NCBI GenBank assembly: GCA_000165345.1
Contig: CM000434.1
Location: 256,001 to 320,000, forward strand
Direction: 5' to 3'
Length of the DNA stretch: 64,000 nucleotides
Shown here: piece by piece, positions 22,644 to 33,176 of the stretch
Layout of the letters: the number at the start of each line of letters is the position of its first letter
Position numbering within the stretch: the first letter of the stretch is position 1
Made by a program: the position numbers and the translations under genes
Notes under the pieces: model-generated
Seen by the model: only the letters and a program-made list of their open reading frames with translations
What the model was told of the DNA's origin: nothing
Databases searched by the model: none

Positions 22644-24470
22644 CTAGAGTCTATCAAAAGTAGAGTATAAACCAAGCAGACCATATGTCTGCAAACAGAC
22701 AACTTTTAGAATTTCTTCATTATTCTGAAATTTATGGAAATTGTTTTCTCCAAGTAAAAGTCGTTTTACCTGGATAAAACATTGCTTTGGTCTGTCCAAA
22801 GGATTATTATTTCTATTTCTGACAATAACTTCATTAGTCTTTAATATTTTGTCGTTTTCTCCGAATGAAAAATGCTTTACAAGCAAGAAATTGAAGAAAA
22901 CATTATCTCTGTAAAACATTTGTTTATTAGTATCATTAATTTCCTTCTGAATGACAATTTTTTGCACTTGTAAATCATCTTCTGAATAGAAGATGATCAT
23001 AGTTACAATTTCCAATTTTAAATTGAAAATTGGACTAGTCAGTTTTGGATCTGATTTATTAATAATTAAATTTAACATAAATCTGGTAAAGTCTGATTTA
23101 TAGTAGAGTCTCCTTTCTTGAATGTAATCAAATTTGGCAAAATATTGTTCAAAAACGTATTTCATTGAAGCAAAGTTAATGTAATTTCCAAAAAATGAAT
23201 GTAATTTGGAAATTCCATTTTTACCATTGATTATTTCAACAACTTTCTCGAGATTATCCTCCAAAGTTGAATAAACAACCAAATATTCATAAATTGCCAA
23301 GTATAAAAGCTTTGTTTTTGTGGGAGTAAAATAACTCTTCAATTCTTTATTTTCTGTTTGAATGAACCTATATGTTAAAGTTTCTGAAATATTGTACAAG
23401 GAAATTCCAGAAATTTCATTTTTAATTTTTAAGTTAATTTGATTTTCACTTCGAGTTGACCTAAGGGACTTTGATCTTGAACGAGAACTGGTTATTTCTG
23501 AATCACTTACTTCCTTAAGACCACGCATCTCCACCTTTTTGTTGTTAATTTCCTTTTCTGTTTCTCTTAATGCTTCCTTGAGCTCAGAATTAGAAAGATT
23601 TCGTTCCTCTATAGAATCATAGCTTATAATAGACTCACTTTCATTTTTTAAGGCTTCCAATATTTCATCAAAAATTGAAGCTTTATCATTTATTTCAATT
23701 TTGAAGCTGATATTGTCATCTTTAGATTGAACAATTTCTGTGATATTAAATCCGTCCAATTTTGAAGAATTATTATTTTCAAATAATTCTTCAAAGTTAT
23801 TCTGGATTTCAGCTTCTAATTCCTTAAATTTACTTTTCTTTTTTCCACAGCAAGATGATTTTTTTTCTTCAGTGTTATCCACTAATTTTTCTAATACTTC
23901 TAAATCTGTCCCATCAGGTTTTTGAAGAGGAATCTCACAGTTTTCTGAGGCTTTATTTGCATCTCCCTGATCAACATCAAATAAGAACTCTGATTCAGAT
24001 TTTACTTCACTTCTTTGCATCAGTCTTCTGCTGGATGGCTGCTGCTGGAATTCGTAGCTTCCAGATTTTAATTCAATACAATTATCTTTTAAAAATGCTA
24101 TATCATTGACTTTACTTTTTATGATATAATCAATAACTTCATTCTTACAAAAAAATAGCATCTTTTCTTTGTTACCCAATAAATCACCTACCAATTCTTC
24201 AATTTTCTCGTTTGCCATGATTACAATGAAGTTGAAAGTTGAGTTTTCGATAGGTAAAGGCTCGTGACCAGATTTTTCTGTTCCATTGGACACACGTTCT
24301 GTTAGTGAGACAGCTATCTTCTCATAATCATAGAAATCTTCGCCAGATATTAAACTTTTCTTGGAAATTACATTATTAATCTTATGTGCAGTAACATTTG
24401 TAAGTGATAAACTAGAAAGTACACTAAATAATAAACCCAAAATGAAAAATTTGAATACCTTAAATCTCAT
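22644..24470 (-). CDS. Secreted hypothetical protein (608 aa).
   Basis: Signal peptide MRFKVFKFFILGLLFSVLSSLSLTNVTA. Acidic/K-rich middle and hydrophobic-patterned C-terminal half. No recognisable family. Confidence 0.6.
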   Translation of the reverse strand: MRFKVFKFFILGLLFSVLSSLSLTNVTAHKINNVISKKSLISGEDFYDYEKIAVSLTERVSNGTEKSGHEPLPIENSTFNFIVIMANEKIEELVGDLLGNKEKMLFFCKNEVIDYIIKSKVNDIAFLKDNCIELKSGSYEFQQQPSSRRLMQRSEVKSESEFLFDVDQGDANKASENCEIPLQKPDGTDLEVLEKLVDNTEEKKSSCCGKKKSKFKELEAEIQNNFEELFENNNSSKLDGFNITEIVQSKDDNISFKIEINDKASIFDEILEALKNESESIISYDSIEERNLSNSELKEALRETEKEINNKKVEMRGLKEVSDSEITSSRSRSKSLRSTRSENQINLKIKNEISGISLYNISETLTYRFIQTENKELKSYFTPTKTKLLYLAIYEYLVVYSTLEDNLEKVVEIINGKNGISKLHSFFGNYINFASMKYVFEQYFAKFDYIQERRLYYKSDFTRFMLNLIINKSDPKLTSPIFNLKLEIVTMIIFYSEDDLQVQKIVIQKEINDTNKQMFYRDNVFFNFLLVKHFSFGENDKILKTNEVIVRNRNNNPLDRPKQCFIQVKRLLLGENNFHKFQNNEEILKVVCLQTYGLLGLYSTFDRL

Positions 24471-24920
24471 ACCTAGAATATATTTACCGTTTAGAATAAC
24501 AATTCATTAATTTATAATGATAGATATCTAAGACAACTTTGTGGGTATACCAGCAAATATTGGCGGGTAACGATTGTGTGTTATTTGCCAAATCTAATTC
24601 AAATCCAACAAAAGAGATAAAATAGTCAATAGACAAACAGAAAATTAATAATCTAAAGCCTATGATTAATGATAAGAGCAATAAAAAAATGTAGAATTCC
24701 AAATACTTCAGCGAAAAATTTAAGGAAAGAAACTTTCAAATGCCCATATTCTTGACAATGTGGAACAAATTAATCAAATCACAAATTCTAAGAAAAAAGT
24801 TACCAAAGAAGAATTGGTTTGAAAAAATATCAACGAGGATAAATCCAAACAAAACCAATTGCTCTTCACAAAAAAATATTTTTTAGAAAAATGTTTGTCT
24901 TTATTTTATTCATTTTGCAA

Positions 24921-27143
24921 TTACAACATTCCAAACTGGTTTTGATTGTTCAATAGAAATTGACCATAAAGTAGAGATTGATTATTGTTAACGCTTTGCA
25001 AAAAGGCTGAACTGTCAAAAAAGTTATTCAAGCTCGGCTGTCTAAAATTAAGGCTATGTTTTAAGTTATCTGCAGTCATTGGCTGTACGAAAGGGATCCC
25101 TTCATTATAGTTAATGCTAGATAAAGTTTGATAGCCAGACCTTAGAACACCATTATTGATGATCTGCTTGATTTGCTGGGAAACTGAAATAAATTCAGTC
25201 AGTTCAGTTAAACTAAAACTGTCCATCTTTTCACGCAGCGTTGAATCAAGAAGATTTTTTGCTGTCTTTTTACCCTCATCCTCGATAAAAGATTTGCCAT
25301 CGCTTAATGGCGATTCATGATAAGCTTCATTGTTTATTGCCATAACCTTTTGAAGAACAGCTATGCTGTTTGAGATTGTTGGACGTATTTGGGACACGTC
25401 ACAATTGAATTTAAATACGTTCAGTTTGCATGCGAGAACTAATGTTAGTGATTCAATCTCACCAAATTCCATCGAACCAAAAAATTTCTCTGCATATCCG
25501 TCGAGGCATAATTTCCAGCCTTTGTTGCGATTATCATAGTAAATTCCCTTCCACAGGCCCTCAGAGTCAGATAGGGCATTGCTTATGATATCTTTGAGCA
25601 TCAGCTGGGAGTCATTGTTATAAGAAACAATTCCCATACTCGGATTAATAATTGGAGTGGAAGGAACAATATTTGGAGAATTTACACAAGTCGTAAAATT
25701 CGTTCCATATTGTTGAGCTGGTGGTTGAGGAGTAGCTACCTTAGAGAAACAATGGATTGGAAGTCCCGTTGTTCCCTGTAAATTAACTGCGTTCCTAACA
25801 TTCATCATGGTACTTGCGAATAAATTATTCGCAATAATTTGATTCACAAGAATGTTATTAAGGATATTGTTAGTTATGTAATGAGAGAGTAATTGACTGT
25901 TGACATCTAAGTCTCCCTGAGAGGGAAACGATAATAGATTATTTAAATTTCCATTTAAAGGAACGGAGTCAGTGTTAAGTGGTTTGAATGATCCATCGAT
26001 ATAATTGTTGCATATCCTACTATTCGAACTAATATTCTTAAAAATATTGGTTCCATTTACAGAAGCACTATCGGTAATCTGGCTTTCAAGGCTCTTTTGT
26101 CCAGAAATTTGTCGTTCAAACAACTCATTCTGGCCGTCCTTTGAAAGGATTGGAGATACCTGATTATCGGATTTTCCATCTAATCTACGAGAGTTCTCAG
26201 AATTCCTGGCTGATTTTGAATCATTCCCAAAGTTTCCAATAATGTTAACTTGATAGAACCTAAGAGCCATTTCATACGACTTTTCAACTCCATATCTTTT
26301 TGCGGAGAAATACCTTGAAATTTCGGTTTGTCTTTTGCGAATACGTACCTGCCAACCATGATTCCTCCGGTCATAGTATATTCCTTTGAGAGATAGGCTA
26401 CGAAAGCCTTTGTTTGTAAGGCTAATTGCCTTGTCAAGATCCTGTGCGCTAATTCCTCCACTATTACTACTGCTACTCGCCCCTACTCCACCATGAGAAC
26501 TGCTACCACTAAGTTTGTTCTTACTAGTCCTTACAGCCCTTTCTCTTTTGGTTTGGAGAGGTTTCTGTACGGAACTATCGGATATAGTCGTTTTAATGAT
26601 ACCAGTTAGATGTTCCTCATCAATAGTTTGAATTAACGATGAACTAGACTGAGAAGTAGGGAATGCGTCAGTCATAGAGGAAGAAGAAACGGTGGATGAG
26701 CCTGAACTGGATAATTCCGTAAAATCTGTCGGGTTCAGTTCTTCTGACAAACCACCATTATATCCAGAACTGATAAGCTCTTCCTCATTAGATTTATTCT
26801 GATCTAACCTAAAATCAGAGCCTATAGATTCAAGCAGTTCTGTTAAATTTGGATTGTTAGTTTGAACTTCGGGTGTGGTTTGATAAGGAATTCGGTTTGC
26901 GAAAGCTATCATCGAATGTTGTAAATACGGAAGATTTGGGTTCAAAGCTACCGGAAGTTTATTCAAGGTCTGCTGTAAATACGGATTGAGATCGTTACTG
27001 AGGGATATGTTTGGAGAGCTACCTGTATTAGCTATTCTATTTGATGCAGCGAATGATGATGCTGAACTTGATGAGCTGCTTGTTCCACAATTGATACTTG
27101 GTAAATAGCCGTTGTAAAAATGTTGCATTCTCTGGAATCCCAT
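24921..27143 (-). CDS. ApiAP2 transcription factor with two AP2 DNA-binding domains.
   Basis: Two AP2-type domains: GIYYDRRNHGWQVRIRKRQTEISRYFSAKRYGVEKSYEMALRFY and WKGIYYDNRNKGWKLCLDGYAEKFFGSMEFGEIESLTLVLACKL. The rest is S/N/Q-rich low complexity, as is typical of ApiAP2 proteins. Confidence 0.85.
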   Translation of the reverse strand: MGFQRMQHFYNGYLPSINCGTSSSSSSASSFAASNRIANTGSSPNISLSNDLNPYLQQTLNKLPVALNPNLPYLQHSMIAFANRIPYQTTPEVQTNNPNLTELLESIGSDFRLDQNKSNEEELISSGYNGGLSEELNPTDFTELSSSGSSTVSSSSMTDAFPTSQSSSSLIQTIDEEHLTGIIKTTISDSSVQKPLQTKRERAVRTSKNKLSGSSSHGGVGASSSSNSGGISAQDLDKAISLTNKGFRSLSLKGIYYDRRNHGWQVRIRKRQTEISRYFSAKRYGVEKSYEMALRFYQVNIIGNFGNDSKSARNSENSRRLDGKSDNQVSPILSKDGQNELFERQISGQKSLESQITDSASVNGTNIFKNISSNSRICNNYIDGSFKPLNTDSVPLNGNLNNLLSFPSQGDLDVNSQLLSHYITNNILNNILVNQIIANNLFASTMMNVRNAVNLQGTTGLPIHCFSKVATPQPPAQQYGTNFTTCVNSPNIVPSTPIINPSMGIVSYNNDSQLMLKDIISNALSDSEGLWKGIYYDNRNKGWKLCLDGYAEKFFGSMEFGEIESLTLVLACKLNVFKFNCDVSQIRPTISNSIAVLQKVMAINNEAYHESPLSDGKSFIEDEGKKTAKNLLDSTLREKMDSFSLTELTEFISVSQQIKQIINNGVLRSGYQTLSSINYNEGIPFVQPMTADNLKHSLNFRQPSLNNFFDSSAFLQSVNNNQSLLYGQFLLNNQNQFGML

Positions 27144-27886
27144 AAACTATCAGTTCCCTTGTATATCTAGGGCAAAATTCTATTGAGAATCTTTAATTCT
27201 CCCCTAAATCCTTGAAGTATTCTTTTTATATCTTCTTAATACCCTAAAATCCCTGATTCATTAGGAGCGTTGACTAACTCACAGTTTTGTAAAGATGAAT
27301 AGCCCAATCACACTTCAATTTGTGCCATACTCTTTCTTCTTATTTCAATTCTTTGATTTTTATCTATTATTGCAATTTTAACTGTTATTTTATCCTCCTC
27401 CAAGATCTTAACAAATTAATGATAAAATGTTAGGCGGGCTGTCTGAGTCTACACAAATGTCGAGTTATAAGTGTGAGGCATTTTTTTTTGAGGGGGCTTT
27501 TCATGTCCAAATTGTAGCTGTTAGCCCGCCTAAAAAATCTCAAATATTGAGTTTCCTCGTAAATGTGGAATTATATGCCAGTTTACCATTAATTGCCGAA
27601 AGGTAACTATCCTGATACGTTTATTTCTTTGATCCAAGTGATGCGGATCAAAGATCGCTTTTTAATCTGTATCATCCCACTTCTCCTTATATTTGGAGCT
27701 GGCCTATATAAAAATAGAAATGCTTCTGATTTTGAGATATTTTCAAGGCGGTATTGGGACTTTACGAGGTAAGCAATTGTAAGGCACATTTTTTGTTCCG
27801 ATTATATTAAATTAATGTAATAAATTTATAGGTTTATCTCAAATGATTTCAGTTCTACATATTATCACTTTCTAATTGGCCTAACA

Positions 27887-28876
27887 GTGATCGTTAATAG
27901 AGGTTTAATTGGCGGAGACGAATTAGTTTCGAATGCATTTGAATTCTTAGGTTCAAAAAATATTTTAATTAAAACAATTGGGTTTTGGGATGTATCTCCT
28001 CCCGGAACTCCTACTCTCACCATTTTGTTCTTAATACTGACTTTATGCAAGCTTTATTCAACTCTCACAAATTTGAATCGTTCGGGGTGTTATCGAGGAT
28101 GCAAGTTTCAGAACAAAGATGCAATAATCGAAAATTTGGATCATGACTTGGGAAGGATTGTCAAAGTAATGGCAAAAGGCAAACATAATAAGTCTCTAAA
28201 GGGCGAAAGAGTGGGAGTAGTCGATATAGGAGGGAGTTTTTTAACAAAAGAAATCTTAAGACTAGAAAATTCGATCAATACACTCTCCCATATTTCTTCA
28301 GAAATAACTGAGTCACTTTACAATTTTATTTCTGCATTTCACTTCAATCAGGCAGACTTCCCTGACTCAAATGAGTTCTCTAATTTAAGATCAGAAGCTG
28401 TTGTAAATAAACTACAAGGAAGTCTAAATGCTATGCAGAATAACAACGCAAATCATGACTACAATGACCAAGTACAATCTTCGAACCTATACTCTAATAT
28501 TTTTTCGGTTCAAAGCACACACAATCCCGCCTCTTGCGTAAATGCGCAATTTTCCACGCATTTTAAAAACGGGAAATCAATTGAGAACCAGATACATGGT
28601 AACGGTTATTTGGATGAACAGAGACACCAGGAACAGTTTAACTCGGAAGCTCCAAAAGTACAGTCTTCCGGAAATGAATACAGCGTTCCAACACAAATCC
28701 CCAACATTGAAGCCAACAATGCAATAAGTAATCCTGAATTATATATAGATGATACACTTTTACAAGGTAAAGACACGAACTTCGATGATGCAAGCCGCAT
28801 CGAATATAATGGGGGAACCCCGAATGCGAGCACAACATACGAATTCAATTCTAACATTTACTCGAGCTTAATATAG
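27887..28876 (+). CDS. Possible hypothetical protein, N/Q/S-rich. Weak call: the true start may be internal.
   Basis: 329-aa ORF in an otherwise ORF-free gap. The composition is low complexity. No signal peptide or domain. Confidence 0.3.
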   Translation: MIVNRGLIGGDELVSNAFEFLGSKNILIKTIGFWDVSPPGTPTLTILFLILTLCKLYSTLTNLNRSGCYRGCKFQNKDAIIENLDHDLGRIVKVMAKGKHNKSLKGERVGVVDIGGSFLTKEILRLENSINTLSHISSEITESLYNFISAFHFNQADFPDSNEFSNLRSEAVVNKLQGSLNAMQNNNANHDYNDQVQSSNLYSNIFSVQSTHNPASCVNAQFSTHFKNGKSIENQIHGNGYLDEQRHQEQFNSEAPKVQSSGNEYSVPTQIPNIEANNAISNPELYIDDTLLQGKDTNFDDASRIEYNGGTPNASTTYEFNSNIYSSLI

Positions 28877-29009
28877 TATAAAGATTTCAAATACCCAATA
28901 TAGAACTGTATTTGTAGATAAGTAGCATTTATAAATGTAATAATTAATATAATTTATTTAGAAAAATGATTCCTGTGTAGATTTACTATCGCAACAGAGT
29001 AACCCAAAA

Positions 29010-31136
29010 TTACTTTTCTTTTGGCTTGCATACTGGAGTACTAATTGCTGAGGTCTGGACATCATTTTGATTATCCACGTTATTAGTGTTTGTTTCAGAA
29101 GCAACTGAATTGTTTAAGTTGAATGAGTCAATTTTATTTGTATTCTTATCTGATATAAAACTGTGGGTATTATTAAACTGTTGAGAAGCTAAGAAAGACG
29201 ACCAGAACATTGGAAATAAGGCATTCCCTATATTTGAAGCGAATCCAAAATTCGCACTATCTATTCCGGCATATCCGGTGAGGTTGGACTTACTAGCCTC
29301 ATTAGAGGGCATGAAAGATTCCGGATGGACATTACCACAGCCTGAACTTAGAACAGCTTCTGAACTACCATCCTGAAGGAGTCGAATAAATAAAGGAAGA
29401 TCATTTTTTGTTTTATCAAATGTATTTTGGACATTGGAAATAGGTTGCATAAGCCCTAGCCCTTTAGAAGATACCAATCCATTTTCTGATAAACTTCCAT
29501 TATTAATGCATGCGGCGTCTAATGCAGATCTTAGAGCAGCTGAAAACATATCTTGATTAAGGAACTTAATGCAAGATATTGCATGTAAAATTTCAGTTTG
29601 GAGTTTGGTACTAAGGGATCTAAAGTTAAGTAGTAGTGAAAGCTCGAGAGAATCTTTAGCGAAGTTTGAGTTAATATTCGAGCAAGGGACATGATTCTGA
29701 GAAAAAATGGAATTTTGGTCAAATGCTTGCCCTGGGTTTATTACACTACTTCCATTAATTGTCGCTGGGCTTGCGATATTTCCAACTGTTTTTCCATTCT
29801 CTGAGCCTGTTGTAATCTGTGTATCTTTGTTAACTTGTTTCAAAATTTGGTTCCCAAAAGAAACCAGGCCAGGATAGGTTTGAGCAAGATTCTTAAGCTC
29901 CATATCTTTGCTTGATTCTAATAAATGGCCAACATCATCCTTCATGTTTTGGCTAGTTTTTAGGTGTTTATCAATCCCCTTAGGATGCTTACGTTCATTA
30001 GGGGGGCTTGCTGCAATATTCATCTCAGCAACTGAATTAAAAGAATAGTCTTTTCTGATGTCTTCTGTTGCGAGGGACTCAGTATGGTCTTCAAAGAGGG
30101 CCATTCCTATTGGTAGGTCAGATCCATCTTTTTGTAGATGCACTGTGTGGAGTTTAATGAGCTTAGACAAGTGGGTGGAATTTATCAGAATTTGATGGCG
30201 GCTATTGAATGCATTGGTTCTCATTCTAGCGGAGTAGAATTGTTTCCATTGTGAGTCAGGCTTATTTGATTTGGCATATAAGATATAGAAGCCATTGTAC
30301 TTAAGGTCAAAACCGTTTTCGGTAATATAGGTAAAATCCTGGATATCGGAAACACTCAAATTCCGCCACTTCATGACCAGTCGCGAAAGAGGGTCACTCC
30401 CTCCCCCTCTATATCCGCCTCCGACCTTGTTCCCGTCATAGTTTAAAGGAGTGACTATATAAATGTTTCGTGTTCTATTTACTAGTGGTGGAGCATGGGG
30501 AGCTTTAGAGCAACCCAGTAGATCTTTAGATATACTCGATTTAGAAAAAACTACTCTATCAGAATCTACAGGTTGCCAATCACCTACATGGCAATTTAGG
30601 AGTGGAATACGGTACTGAACCTCTTCATTTTGTGGAATTTCAAGAGTATTACTTTCATAGAGATGCACTAAAAGTCTTGCAGCCGAAATAAGGCCCACAA
30701 GCTTTATTTGGTTAGATGACCCAATAATTAATCTCCTATAGATGGAGTCTGTTAATCTCTGAAAAAACGGTCTTTCAGTGAAGATCTGGCTACGAGTTGA
30801 AGCATTTTCATCAATTTTCAAGGAATTTTCAACTTTACGCAATTTAATTCCAGAGTCTGAGTTTTGTTTCTTCTTTCTAGTTGAAAGAGCCTTAGCAATC
30901 ATTTCATCCACAAAACCAATGTCATTACTCTCATTCTCCTTTTTAGATTCAGTTTCTGGGATCTCTTCCCTCATCCCAATTTGCAAATTCGGCTTTGATG
31001 CTTCCTGTTTCTCCCCTGAATTGTCTGTAGTGTTCTCTTCCAGTATTTTGTTTCCATTAATTTCTAATCTATTTTTTGTATTTGAAGCTTTCTGTTTCGA
31101 ATCCAATTCTATTCCATTCACTGATTCATTTCTCAT
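29010..31136 (-). CDS. Hypothetical protein (708 aa) with a central globular region and S/N-rich flanks.
   Basis: Long ORF. A conserved-looking block (...VTPLNYDGNKVGGGYRGGGSDPLSRLVMKWRNLSVSDIQDFTYITENGFDLKYNGFYILYAKSNKPDSQWKQFYSARMRTNAF...). I cannot assign a domain with confidence. Confidence 0.6.
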   Translation of the reverse strand: MRNESVNGIELDSKQKASNTKNRLEINGNKILEENTTDNSGEKQEASKPNLQIGMREEIPETESKKENESNDIGFVDEMIAKALSTRKKKQNSDSGIKLRKVENSLKIDENASTRSQIFTERPFFQRLTDSIYRRLIIGSSNQIKLVGLISAARLLVHLYESNTLEIPQNEEVQYRIPLLNCHVGDWQPVDSDRVVFSKSSISKDLLGCSKAPHAPPLVNRTRNIYIVTPLNYDGNKVGGGYRGGGSDPLSRLVMKWRNLSVSDIQDFTYITENGFDLKYNGFYILYAKSNKPDSQWKQFYSARMRTNAFNSRHQILINSTHLSKLIKLHTVHLQKDGSDLPIGMALFEDHTESLATEDIRKDYSFNSVAEMNIAASPPNERKHPKGIDKHLKTSQNMKDDVGHLLESSKDMELKNLAQTYPGLVSFGNQILKQVNKDTQITTGSENGKTVGNIASPATINGSSVINPGQAFDQNSIFSQNHVPCSNINSNFAKDSLELSLLLNFRSLSTKLQTEILHAISCIKFLNQDMFSAALRSALDAACINNGSLSENGLVSSKGLGLMQPISNVQNTFDKTKNDLPLFIRLLQDGSSEAVLSSGCGNVHPESFMPSNEASKSNLTGYAGIDSANFGFASNIGNALFPMFWSSFLASQQFNNTHSFISDKNTNKIDSFNLNNSVASETNTNNVDNQNDVQTSAISTPVCKPKEK

Positions 31137-31797
31137 ATTATCAACATTGATGCAAACCTACTCAATTGCCGATATATTACTTGAAATGAATCATGAAGAT
31201 ATAAAGCAGCCCTATATTATACTGTACTATTCATATAGTGAGATTTCCCAAAGCTTTACAAGTAAAGCCTTCCGAGATACCCCTTCAATTGAAGTATCTA
31301 TTGAGAATAAATTTTTGAAAAGTAAATTCCAAAAGTATTAGGTGCACACTATTCATTTCAAATTATCATTAAAGTTGCCACGACATTGCAACATAATCTA
31401 TCTTAACCTTTGTAATTTGTATTAACTAAATTAATTAACAATTATTCACCTACGCCTCGTCTTGTCAAATATTAGCTATTATTTAATAATTTGAATTTAT
31501 TAATATTGAAAAATTTATGTTATATATTCTAAGACGCAAAGTTTAAAAAGCATGATTTATTTATTAAATACATTACTCTGTTGAGGGGCAATGATGCCGC
31601 CTAATCTATTTTTTCATTTAGTCTTTAATTACATGTAACTACAATAATTAAGATTGATAAAAATTTCGATTATGGGAATAATTTCTAAGTTAAGAGGCTA
31701 ATATAATTCTAGAGTACGCCATTTTCTATTAAATATTGTGAGCTCTACACTTTAGCATCGAAAAGTTTGCTCGAAATTCGAATTTTGCATTTGACAA

Positions 31798-32559
31798 TTA
31801 TTTATCGAAAATAATATCTCCACGGCTGGGGTCATGCTCTTGTATTGCCTCCTCAACTACCGTTTCTGGTGCATCCAGATCTTCTTCTGGTATAAAGTTT
31901 TGCCAGTGGGTTGATGTAATTCCATAGCTCAACATTAGAAATGACAAAGGTTCTTCTTGCTCTGATTTGTAAAGCAACGAAAGAAGAGATTTTGATATCC
32001 ATGCATCCTCTTTTCCATCTAAAATTGGTCTGCTTATTACAAATCTATCGTAGTCAAAGTAGTACAATTCCAACAACGTTGTAGAATCTAATACTCCATT
32101 GAACGAAATATGCAATTCAGATTTCTCCTTATATGATGAATGCGCAGGTATTCCTACAGCCCTTGCAACCTCTGCAAAAGGCTTAAATAGGAACTTTCCT
32201 TCTTTTTTTTCTGGAATGCTTCCCTCTGGTTTTATAAGAATATCTTTTTCAGATTTCTTTTCTTTCAATTCATCTGGTTTCTTTTCTTTTAATTTTTCTG
32301 ATTCTTTTTCTTTTAGCTCGTTAGTCTCCTGCTTCTCAATTATCTCTGGGCTTATTATCTTTGCCCCTTTTTCTTCAGATATCCCATGAACTACGTTTTG
32401 ATAGTTTTTAATATTAGGTTCTTTTACTGGAGATAAAACTTCATTTTTGTGTATTTCAAGAACTTTAACAGACTTGGCTCCCTTCGCTATTTCCATTAAA
32501 TTATTGTAGTTTTGTTCAGCAGTTGGAGCGATAAATCCAACTTCCGAGCCTGAGCCCAT
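31798..32559 (-). CDS. Hypothetical protein, main exon (253 aa), with a K/E-rich middle. Probably preceded by a short spliced signal-peptide exon (next feature).
   Basis: Uninterrupted ORF. Lysine/glutamate repeats (KEKESEKLKEKKPDELKEKKSEKD). The ORF lacks its own signal peptide, but a separate in-phase exon upstream encodes one. Confidence 0.6.
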   Translation of the reverse strand: MGSGSEVGFIAPTAEQNYNNLMEIAKGAKSVKVLEIHKNEVLSPVKEPNIKNYQNVVHGISEEKGAKIISPEIIEKQETNELKEKESEKLKEKKPDELKEKKSEKDILIKPEGSIPEKKEGKFLFKPFAEVARAVGIPAHSSYKEKSELHISFNGVLDSTTLLELYYFDYDRFVISRPILDGKEDAWISKSLLSLLYKSEQEEPLSFLMLSYGITSTHWQNFIPEEDLDAPETVVEEAIQEHDPSRGDIIFDK

Positions 32560-32652
32560 CTGGTCAAAAAAAAGTGAAATTCAATAGTTTATTTAATTTA
32601 CCCCATTCTCAATATATAATTCCGAATTGGATAATTTATTAGATAAACTTAC

Positions 32653-32715
32653 ACACTCAAAACCTGATAGAAGAATTCCAAGTGCTTGGATTAAGAAAAT
32701 AATATACTTGCTCAT
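32653..32715 (-). CDS. Putative exon 1 of the 31798..32559 gene. It encodes the signal peptide MSKYIIFLIQALGILLSGFEC and is joined through a 93-nt intron (32560..32652).
   Basis: ATG at 32715..32713. Hydrophobic 21-aa ORF ending at a GTAAGT donor (32652..32647). AT-rich intron ending in a T-run plus GACCAG directly before the downstream ATG. Phase 0 is preserved. Confidence 0.45.
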
Positions 32716-33176
32716 AATACTTAATTCCTCATCTATTCTAAATATTAAATATTGGCTTTAATAATTTATTAGAGCTCAAACCTGATCAAGTAGCAATTCT
32801 TACCTTTCTAATATTAACCAAACACAACCTATTACTATATTTGGCTTTATTTCTTGCTTGCTTTAATGATTTTGTGCGTTTTAATAGAATTACTTTTTTT
32901 TGTTTTGAAAAAACTGATCTTTCCATGCTTAAGGAATTTGCCGCCTAAGATCTATCATTACATGGTGCAATTAGCCAATAAAACAATGGGGAAAAAAAAA
33001 TATCTTGGAGTCTGTAAAGAATCGTTATATCAAATTTAAAATAAAAATAAAAATGAACATTGTCTTCTAATCAAACAATTTGGTTTCTATCAAAATAGTG
33101 AAAATATTTAAGAAGCCAAAATACTCACAACTGAAACTGTAAAAGGAAACTCAGATATCCTATTCAAAAAGCAATC

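Noticed and set aside
27607-28050. Short minus-strand ORFs (27607..27789, 27865..28050) upstream of the AP2 gene.
   Set aside because: There is no supporting feature. They overlap the inverted-repeat region and the weak 27887 ORF.
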